From: a virus | IMG/VR virus record: IMGVR_UViG_3300034159_000059 | Direction: 5' to 3' (one strand) | DNA length: 64,000 nucleotides | Shown: in pieces, positions 57,122 through 64,000 of the stretch | Numbering within the stretch: the stretch's first letter is position 1 | How the letters are laid out: each line of letters begins with the position of its first letter | Notes under the pieces: generated by a model | What the model saw: only the letters and a program-made list of their open reading frames with translations | Database searches by the model: none | What the model was told of the DNA's origin: nothing | Program-made: the position numbers and the translations under genes

Positions 57122-57327
57122 CGCTCGACCCCCAGGCGAATGAGAAGATCTCGAACATCCCGAGAGACTCGGTGATTTGACGGAGTATCTCCGTTCATCA
57201 CCTCAGCCGAGTAGAGACGCATCTCCACTACCAGGACATCTTCGATGGTGGGGTTGTCTACGAGGTAGATAGTGTAAGGCCGCCCACTCAGAACAGCCTT
57301 GGTGCTGATGTCTGTGCGAAGAGGCAT
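57118..57327 (-). CDS. small hypothetical protein
   Basis: 69 aa, ATGA-coupled. Confidence 0.4.
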   Translation of the reverse strand: MPLRTDISTKAVLSGRPYTIYLVDNPTIEDVLVVEMRLYSAEVMNGDTPSNHRVSRDVRDLLIRLGVER

Positions 57328-57330
57328 GGT

Positions 57331-60300
57331 CTAGTACCCCGGAGTCGCATTCCCAGAAAGTTGCTGTTGAAGCTCGGTCGCCTTGGACCCCTTCTCTCCG
57401 ACCTTACCCAGCTTGTCGGCGTTGGCGGCGATGACCGCTTCTGCGATGACCTTGAGAGTGACTACCATCTGATTCTGGGCGTCTTTCTGCTGTTGCTGCT
57501 CTGCGCCTCCAGCAACAATCTGTGCGGAGCGATGGCGCCCTGTGACACCTTCCAGCTCCTTCATGGCGAGGTCAGTGAGCTGCCCACGGTCTCCCTTGAG
57601 GACTTTCTTGACCTCAGCGACGTCGATATGGAGCTCTTCCGCGAGCTTCGACGCAGAGACCATAGAGCCTCGACCATGGTGCTTCCAAATCTCTCGGGCG
57701 CCTTTCATACCCTCGTAGGCAGCTCGGACCGCAGGAGACGCAGTCTGCACCATCTGCTCCCGATCTCCTTCAGGTGCCTTGATGATTAGCTCGGCAGCAG
57801 ACTTCGCCGACTCCTGCATATCGCTCCAAGCCTTCTGTCGATCCTCTACCGACCCCTGAAGAAGAGCCTTCGACCCTCGATCGTAGGCTTCCTTCACTGC
57901 CTTCATCTTGTCGGCAAAAGCGGAGTTGCCGGACCGAGCCGCAGACTCGGCTGCCTCTCCTGCGGCAGTCGCCTGATCTGCGATGGCTCCAGCAAAAGCG
58001 ACGGTGTCCTTGGTCTTCGAAGCTTCCTTGAAGGCGTCGAGTACTCCCTTGGCCTTCGACGGATCCTTCTTCATCACTTCCAAAGCCTGTGCCGCTGCTT
58101 CCAACTCAGAAGACGTCAGTCGCTTCTTGGTCAGTTCCTCTACCCGAGCGACGTCGCCTTTCATGATGGCATCGTGGATGGCGTTCTTGTCCGTCGTGGC
58201 GCTGTTCCAAGCTTCGAGCACGTCTCGAACTGCTGGACGAGACTTCAGCGTCTGAGCAATGTTGGCGCCGAAATGCTTCACAAGCTGAGAGTCCGCTTCT
58301 CGGTAGTTGAGAGCGGCAGCGGCCACGTCGATGTACGACCCTTGCCCCCAAGCAGCGGAGGCGCTGATGCGAGCGCTTCTGTCGATCTCAGTGGCTTGGG
58401 CGGCGAAGACTGCGGCAGTGACGCCACCCATCCCTGTTCGCTTCTCTAGAGCTTCGAGACCCCGGCGTAGACCCCGTTCCTCTCCAGAGAAGGGGTTGAA
58501 TGCGTCCATAGACTTGGACGCGACCCGTTGCTGAATCATCTCAAGCTTCTTGGCTTCCGTCGCGTTCCGGAACTCATCTTTCCCCATGAGATCGCGATGA
58601 GCCTCCGCTGCGTAGCGGGCAGCGGCTTTCTCATCGTCGCTCATTCCCTTGAACATGGCGCCGGAGTCGATGTCGCCCAGCCTCTTGTTGTAGGACGCAA
58701 CATCCGAATCCTTGTTGATGTCGAGACCCTTGGCTCCGACCCAATTCGAGTACGTGCTGAAAGCGTTTTCCGGGGTTCGTCCTGTACCGGTGGAGCCGAT
58801 GCTACTGACCCATGCCCCAAGGCTGGATCCACGAACGTCGCGGACAAGAGAGCCAAAGTCCTGCCCCATCGTAGTAGGACCGGCTGCCATCGCCGAGGCG
58901 CCCATAGGGCCTGTCAGGCGAATGAGAGCGCCTAGAGTGCTACCCGGTCCGCTTCCCGAAGAGCGGCGGGCTCCAGTGTTTCCACCGAAGAGATCTTCCA
59001 GCGCCTTCTTGTCCTTGGTGGCGAACGCCTGAATGAACTTCTTCTGAGATTCTTCTGAAGCAGCGACCACGTAGTTGCCGACCATGTCATCGATGAAGCT
59101 GTCGACGCCTTTGGTGATCGTTCCCCACAACTCTGCGCCGAACTTCTGGAAGGGCTGAGAGATCTTGTTCCCAATGGCCGTCCCGACCCTCTTCATCACA
59201 GCCCGAGGATCCGCATTTTCACGCATAGACGACTGACGAGACCGCATGTTTGCGACGAGGTTCTGCGCCGCATTCGATCCACCTGTCCCGGACTGGTAGA
59301 GGTTTCGTGCGAGCTCGGCTTCCTGCTCCGACGCTCCATACCGTTGCATGAGTAGCTCAGGGGCCTGGGAGCCGTACTGACCCACAAGCTGGTCCATCAG
59401 CCCGTAGGTTGCCTGAACCCCTCCAGCCGCTGTGAACTCTCCTGCGAGACGAGACTGACTGGCCTCAAAGGCGATGGCGTTTTTTCCCTGAGACATCGTC
59501 TTCATACCACGCTGCCGAAGCTCGCCCGAAGAGATGAGTCCTTCTTGCCATCTCTTCATGACGTCTTGATTCAGACGAGCCTTCCCACCTTCATCAACCT
59601 CCATGGCCCCGGCGATCATGTACCGCCCCACGGAAGATCCTGCGAGACGGACGGACAAGTTCGCCATCCGCATCGAGGCGTCCTGAACCGCTTCGCCTCC
59701 CGTCTTGCCGGTGAGGTCTTCGAGGAGGCCCTGTTTGATGACGCCGCCCTGTTGGGCCAGACCGATGGTGGAGGCGATGTTCCCCGCTGCTCTCGCCATC
59801 GTGGAGCGCCCAGTGCCTGTCGCAGTGCCAAGGTCAGCCATGCCCTGCTGAAGCTGCATGAACTGCTGCTGAGTCATTCCCGTCGTGCCCGTAACTACTT
59901 GAGCCTGGACGGCGTTTCGAAGCTGGTCCGTGCGTCCGAAGAACCCGACACGCGCCGAGTGTTGGAAGAAAGCCCCCGCTTCTTCCATGGTGGAGCCGAT
60001 GACTTTGGAGATGTCTCGAATGGTGGTGATGGCTTCCTTGAAGCGTCGGTTGAACTCGAAGGCGTCTCGGACTCCCTGCATCACGCCAGACGCTTTGAGC
60101 GTCGGCATCATCTTGGTGAGCTCCTGCATCGACGTCATGAGCTCGGGCATCATCGCGAGTTGCCGTACCTGCTGACCGATGGCAGAAGCGTCGTCTCGGG
60201 TGAAACCGAAACCTGTACGGGATTGTGGGTTGATATGGTTGTACTGACCGAGGGCCGTATTCACCATCGACTGCTGCTGAGCGCCGCCCACGATGTTCGA

Positions 60301-60774
60301 GACCCCGTGCTGAAGCGCCATGGCAGGAAGCATGGAGAGACCGGCCACGCCTGCCGCTCCCGCCATCCCAAGCCCTCCCGCACGCGCCGCCCCGAACGCG
60401 GCGAAGGGGTTGACGAGCGGAGCGATACCCGCCCCAGCCTTCGTCATCGAGAAGAGCTCCATCCCCGTGAGGCCCATGGTGGGGATGGCAGAAGCTGCCC
60501 CCATCGCGGCACCGCCGATGCGGTTCCCCGCGCCGTAGCCGTAGAAGGGGTTCGCTCCGTAGCTGAAGCCGCCACCAGCTCCTTGAGGAAGAGGAGTGCC
60601 GCCGCCGGCTCCCAGACCCGCACCCCCGCCAAAAGACATCGGGGCACCGATCTGCGAGGCCATGGCGTACTGGCCCATGAAGAACTGGTTCTGTTGGGCT
60701 ATCTGTTCTGCGATTTCCTGGGAGGTCATGTGGCTCGCAGAGGACGAGGATAGAGAGCCTCCGTAGGGTAGCAT
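57331..60774 (-). CDS. tape-measure-like / internal virion protein (1147 aa)
   Basis: Gly-rich N-terminus followed by a long Ala/Lys/Glu/Gln-rich helical region. First gene after the divergent region. Confidence 0.45.
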   Translation of the reverse strand: MLPYGGSLSSSSASHMTSQEIAEQIAQQNQFFMGQYAMASQIGAPMSFGGGAGLGAGGGTPLPQGAGGGFSYGANPFYGYGAGNRIGGAAMGAASAIPTMGLTGMELFSMTKAGAGIAPLVNPFAAFGAARAGGLGMAGAAGVAGLSMLPAMALQHGVSNIVGGAQQQSMVNTALGQYNHINPQSRTGFGFTRDDASAIGQQVRQLAMMPELMTSMQELTKMMPTLKASGVMQGVRDAFEFNRRFKEAITTIRDISKVIGSTMEEAGAFFQHSARVGFFGRTDQLRNAVQAQVVTGTTGMTQQQFMQLQQGMADLGTATGTGRSTMARAAGNIASTIGLAQQGGVIKQGLLEDLTGKTGGEAVQDASMRMANLSVRLAGSSVGRYMIAGAMEVDEGGKARLNQDVMKRWQEGLISSGELRQRGMKTMSQGKNAIAFEASQSRLAGEFTAAGGVQATYGLMDQLVGQYGSQAPELLMQRYGASEQEAELARNLYQSGTGGSNAAQNLVANMRSRQSSMRENADPRAVMKRVGTAIGNKISQPFQKFGAELWGTITKGVDSFIDDMVGNYVVAASEESQKKFIQAFATKDKKALEDLFGGNTGARRSSGSGPGSTLGALIRLTGPMGASAMAAGPTTMGQDFGSLVRDVRGSSLGAWVSSIGSTGTGRTPENAFSTYSNWVGAKGLDINKDSDVASYNKRLGDIDSGAMFKGMSDDEKAAARYAAEAHRDLMGKDEFRNATEAKKLEMIQQRVASKSMDAFNPFSGEERGLRRGLEALEKRTGMGGVTAAVFAAQATEIDRSARISASAAWGQGSYIDVAAAALNYREADSQLVKHFGANIAQTLKSRPAVRDVLEAWNSATTDKNAIHDAIMKGDVARVEELTKKRLTSSELEAAAQALEVMKKDPSKAKGVLDAFKEASKTKDTVAFAGAIADQATAAGEAAESAARSGNSAFADKMKAVKEAYDRGSKALLQGSVEDRQKAWSDMQESAKSAAELIIKAPEGDREQMVQTASPAVRAAYEGMKGAREIWKHHGRGSMVSASKLAEELHIDVAEVKKVLKGDRGQLTDLAMKELEGVTGRHRSAQIVAGGAEQQQQKDAQNQMVVTLKVIAEAVIAANADKLGKVGEKGSKATELQQQLSGNATPGY

Positions 60775-60840
60775 CTGAAGTCGTCCTACCCAAGAGAAAG
60801 CTCACACGCTCTAAGGGGATAAGAAGACTAGGAGGTTCTG

Positions 60841-61317
60841 ATGCTTGGTCTTCTTGCGACGGTCCGTCTCCTACTCAAAGCCACTCTTCCAAGACGAATG
60901 GGGAGAGTGGTAGCAGGATGGGCCGATACCGTAGATGTTTTGGTGAAGAAGGAGAGACTCGGCCACATCGAGAGGGAACAGTACCTCGACATCAACCGAG
61001 ACAGGAGGAGATGGGAAGGCGAGCGATACGGGGCGGTTGAAGTCTTTCTAGAGTTCCACATCGCGCCAGAAGATCTCCCCCACACTGAAGCTTTTCACTG
61101 GGCGATCGGAGACTTCGTCTTCAAAACGAGCGAATGGGTCGATCTTTGGAACTGGCTCGACGTGAAGACATGGAATGCGACCAACGAAGAGAAGATGAAC
61201 ATCGGCGTTGACGGCCACTGGCTCCTCGAAGTCGGTCGTCGAAGGTGGGCTGACGAGAGTGTTAGGAACGAGGCGCGGAAGAACGCGAATCTCTCGGCAG
61301 AGAAAATGGTTCAGTGA
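60841..61317 (+). CDS. hypothetical protein
   Basis: TAGGAGG RBS 6 nt upstream of ATG 60841. 158 aa. Confidence 0.5.
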   Translation: MLGLLATVRLLLKATLPRRMGRVVAGWADTVDVLVKKERLGHIEREQYLDINRDRRRWEGERYGAVEVFLEFHIAPEDLPHTEAFHWAIGDFVFKTSEWVDLWNWLDVKTWNATNEEKMNIGVDGHWLLEVGRRRWADESVRNEARKNANLSAEKMVQ

Positions 61318-61618
61318 GGCAGGCATAAGCTGGCTACCGCTCTGGGTTTCTGTGCCCAGAGACGGTAGCCAGGCCCTTCTCCCTAACCTTAGCTCAAAGT
61401 CAAGAAGACGCGCCTGTTGTCACCTGCTCGTGGCGGTAGTAGAAGGATCGCACGCCCAGCTCCTGCAAGGCTGTGCGTACCGAAAGAAGGGGACGCCCCC
61501 GTGCTACTGCTCTATCCCGCTCAGGCGGGCTCGTTCCTCTTCGTCCTCAACCTCTTCTCGTAGTCCAACAACGGCCCAAGGCCCTTTGCCTTGGGCTTTT
61601 TCGTGTTCGGAGCCAACC
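61318..61618 (+). promoter_or_regulatory. structured ~300-nt leader upstream of nrdJ
   Basis: Long imperfect hairpin 61329-61374, small GC hairpins at ~61491-61527, and a terminator-like hairpin 61573-61601 (ggcccaagg-ccctttg-ccttgggc + TTTTT) ending 17 nt before the nrdJ ATG. Confidence 0.35.
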
Positions 61619-63682
61619 ATGGATGTGCAAGCAGGGCTTCAGTCACCCGAAGCGGTTGGGCAAGTCCGCGACCCAGAGGAGCTCAGCAGCAAGACTCCCG
61701 CATGGGGCCCCATCGGAGAGCAAGTCTTCAAGAGGTCCTACGCTCGCGAGCTCGATGACTCTGGTCGCAAGGAGACTTGGCACGAGACGGTTGTCCGCAC
61801 CGTGGACGGCAACCTGAATCTCGTCGATGCGCAGTACATCGAAGAGGGCGAACGCGAGAAGCTCATCGCCCTGCTACATCCCTTCGACGCACTTCCTGCG
61901 GGAAGACATCTGGCGGCCTCTGGTGTAAAGGGCCGCCAGTTCCTCTTCAACTGCCACGGATCCGGCTGGGACGCGGCAGAGCCCTGGGCCCATTTCACCT
62001 TCCTCTTCGACGAGCTCATGCAAGGAGGAGGAGTCGGGGCAAACTACTCCGACCGCTACCTGGACGCCCTTCCAGAGTTCCGACAGAACGTCGATCTCCA
62101 CATCATGTGTGAGGAATCGCATCCCGACATCGAGCGCTTCCGTAAGTACCTCACATCGAAAACGCAGTTCGACGTCGCCGACTACTACTTCATTCCAGAC
62201 TCTCGGGAAGGCTGGATCGCCTCGATCGAGTACGTCCTCAAAGCCGCATGGGGACACACTTCGAAGCGCCTCATCGTCATCGACGTCTCTCGGCTGCGCA
62301 AGAAGGGCTCGAAGCTCAAGACGGGTGGAGGGGTTTCGCCAGGCCCCGAACCCCTCGTCCTCATGCTGTCCAAGCTCGCCAAGCTGATGAAGGACATCGC
62401 AGGCAAGAGGCTCACCTGGCACATGGCGATGGAGATCGACCACCACATCGCAGCCTGTGTGGTCGCAGGAGGAAAGCGTCGCAGCAGCCGGATGTCGGTG
62501 AAGAGTTGGAAGGACACAGGCATCTTCGACTTCATCGACTACAAGAAGCTCGATGGAGATAGCTGGACCACCAACCTCTCGGTCGAGATCGACGACGACT
62601 TCATACACGCTTTCGAGGCCGATGATCCGAAGGCGCATCGTGTCCTGGAGGCCATCGTCCAGGGAAAGAGAACCAACGGAGAGCCTGGTATCTGGAACCG
62701 GAGCCGTTCCATGCAAGGCGAGCCGGAGCCGGAGGAGATGTACTGCCCGAATCCTTGCGGCGAGATCGGGCTCTATATGTGGGAGAACTGCAACCTCGGC
62801 CACATCAACCTTCAGCACTTCGCTCATCGTTCACCGAGGAAGGCCATCGAGGCATTCAGGCTCATGACCAGGTGGCTCATTCGTGCCACCTATGGAGACA
62901 TCCCGCAGCCTCGCCAGCGCGCCGTCACTGACAAGAACCGTCGCATCGGCGTCGGCTTCTTCGGCTTCCATGGATGGCTGGCCCTCCAAGGAATCAAGTA
63001 CAGCGAGTGCTGGAAGGATGAGTACACCCAGACCATGCTTCGCAGGTTCCGCGAAGCAGTCGACGAGGAGGCGACCAAGTACTCTCAGCAGCTCGGGATC
63101 CCGCGTCCGGCGAAGACCACCACTGTGGCGCCTACCGGAACGCTGGCTCTCCTCCCCGGAGTCTCGTCAGGACTCCAGCCTCTCTTCGCTCGGCACTTCA
63201 AGAGGCTGGTGCGGTACTCCGACACGGATCCGGAGCTCGAAGGCATCCGGGCAAAAGGCTACAAGGTCTACCAGGATCCCGACGCGCTCAACACCTGGAT
63301 CGTCGAGTACTGGTGCGAGGATCCTCTCGTCACCAAGGTGCGTGCTTCGGGCTACAACCCCGAAGACGTCGTGGAAGGCCAGGACGAGATCGACTTCACC
63401 GACTACCTAGAAGTTCAGGCGATGGTGCAAGACATCTACGCCGACAATGCCATCAGCTTCACCATCAACATCCCAGAGACCAAGATGCCGAACGAGAGCG
63501 AGATGGTCACTTCTCTCTCCAAAGTACTCTACCGGCTCAAGGGCACCACGGTCTTCCCGGACAAGTCTCGCAAGAATGCGCCGTACCAGCGCATCAGCAA
63601 GGAAGAGTTCGACAGCTACACTGGTCCGAGAGAGCTGAGTCAGGCAGAAGACGAGTGCAAGCACGGCTGCCCGATCACGTGA
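61619..63682 (+). CDS. nrdJ: ribonucleotide reductase, class II (adenosylcobalamin-dependent, NrdJ-type)
   Basis: Active-site NPCGEI motif (Asn-x-Cys-Gly-Glu). ~687 aa, monomeric class II size. Start placed at MDVQ (61619). The listed 137-aa upstream extension is Arg/Ser-rich non-protein-like sequence. Confidence 0.8.
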   Translation: MDVQAGLQSPEAVGQVRDPEELSSKTPAWGPIGEQVFKRSYARELDDSGRKETWHETVVRTVDGNLNLVDAQYIEEGEREKLIALLHPFDALPAGRHLAASGVKGRQFLFNCHGSGWDAAEPWAHFTFLFDELMQGGGVGANYSDRYLDALPEFRQNVDLHIMCEESHPDIERFRKYLTSKTQFDVADYYFIPDSREGWIASIEYVLKAAWGHTSKRLIVIDVSRLRKKGSKLKTGGGVSPGPEPLVLMLSKLAKLMKDIAGKRLTWHMAMEIDHHIAACVVAGGKRRSSRMSVKSWKDTGIFDFIDYKKLDGDSWTTNLSVEIDDDFIHAFEADDPKAHRVLEAIVQGKRTNGEPGIWNRSRSMQGEPEPEEMYCPNPCGEIGLYMWENCNLGHINLQHFAHRSPRKAIEAFRLMTRWLIRATYGDIPQPRQRAVTDKNRRIGVGFFGFHGWLALQGIKYSECWKDEYTQTMLRRFREAVDEEATKYSQQLGIPRPAKTTTVAPTGTLALLPGVSSGLQPLFARHFKRLVRYSDTDPELEGIRAKGYKVYQDPDALNTWIVEYWCEDPLVTKVRASGYNPEDVVEGQDEIDFTDYLEVQAMVQDIYADNAISFTINIPETKMPNESEMVTSLSKVLYRLKGTTVFPDKSRKNAPYQRISKEEFDSYTGPRELSQAEDECKHGCPIT

Positions 63683-63717
63683 AGCGCAGCAACAACTAGC
63701 TAACAAATGAAGACATA

Positions 63718-63753
63718 AGAAGAAGGACCGGGAGTGTTTACTCGGTCCTTCTT
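63718..63753 (+). terminator. 12-bp perfect hairpin (gaagaaggaccg...cggtccttcttc) after nrdJ
   Basis: Stem-loop 35 nt after the nrdJ stop, ending 2 nt before the next ATG. Weak T tract. Confidence 0.35.
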
Positions 63754-63755
63754 CT

Positions 63756-64000
63756 TATGAACACCTTCTTACCGTATCCAAGCTTTGAAGAGTCGGCTCG
63801 GGCGCTTGATGACAAACGGCTACCGAACCAAGTGAACGAAGCGCTCGTCATCTACAAAGTGCTGAGAGGAGAGACGAACGCCTGGAAACATCACCCAGCA
63901 GTTCTGATGTGGAAAGGGTACGTAGAGGCTTTACTCAACTATCGCGCGGCCATGATGCTGGAGTGCGGCCATCGCGGTATCTACAGAAACTGGACCCTGC
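63756..64000 (+). CDS. pyrimidine-dimer DNA glycosylase-like protein (N-terminal part; runs off window)
   Basis: LRGETNAWKHHPAVLMWKGY resembles the conserved LRGET..Y.HHPQL segment of the bacterial pyrimidine-dimer glycosylase-like family. Truncated at the window end. Confidence 0.4.

Noticed and set aside
61208-61618. 137-aa N-terminal extension of the RNR ORF
   Set aside because: The translation is Arg/Ser-rich and non-protein-like and overlaps the upstream gene. A good ATG follows a terminator hairpin, and class II RNR domain homology begins there.
61318-61618. Adenosylcobalamin riboswitch call for the nrdJ leader
   Set aside because: I could not find the conserved B12-box (GCCACUG) or other consensus elements by eye. 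Retained only as a hypothesis to test with covariance models.
1-64000. CRISPR arrays, tRNA/rRNA genes, integrase or att sites, terminase/portal/major capsid genes
   Set aside because: There are no short regularly spaced direct repeats. No cloverleaf-like conserved tRNA segments were noticed in intergenic gaps. No tyrosine or serine recombinase motifs are present. None of the large late proteins shows a terminase Walker A/ATPase pattern or an obviously HK97-like capsid sequence. These may lie outside the window.

Overview
High-GC (~60%) double-stranded DNA bacteriophage (Caudoviricetes-type) genome segment. It shows dense, codon-biased coding, ATGA/GTGA-coupled gene junctions, and no rRNA, tRNA or CRISPR that I could recognise. 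Three blocks are visible. (1) Bases 1-24424 on the + strand hold a DNA replication, recombination and nucleotide-metabolism module: SF2 helicase, family-4 UDG, DnaB-like helicase, DnaG primase, family-A DNA polymerase with 3'-5' exonuclease, DUF4326/DUF4031/MazG-like trio, HU-like protein, HNH endonuclease, RecA/UvsX-like recombinase, a histone-fold protein, an Hjc-like and a RusA-like resolvase, a Cas4-like exonuclease, a T4 gp1-like dNMP kinase, ThyX, and many small hypothetical or Zn-ribbon proteins. (2) A convergent terminator at ~24.43 kb is followed by a ~36 kb minus-strand late operon (60774 down to 24455). Its leftmost, last-transcribed end carries a putative lysis region (candidate two-TM holin and a membrane-anchored coiled-coil protein; no classical endolysin seen), an SNF2-family helicase and two small genes. 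It also contains giant virion proteins (1147, 1066, 1550, 1408, 1059, 801 and 689 aa; tail fibre, baseplate and tape-measure-like), a sigma-70-family factor embedded among them, and one small opposite-strand Zn-ribbon gene. (3) A divergent region at ~60.8 kb leads to a + strand hypothetical gene, a structured ~300-nt leader, a class II (NrdJ-type) ribonucleotide reductase, and a truncated pyrimidine-dimer glycosylase-like gene. No terminase, portal or major capsid protein could be recognised from sequence alone. Most notable observations: a phage-encoded histone-fold protein next to an HU homologue, a sigma factor inside the virion module, a structured leader with a terminator hairpin directly upstream of nrdJ, an SNF2 helicase in the lysis-proximal region, and an unusual multi-Cys Zn protein plus proline-rich low-complexity proteins in the replication module.
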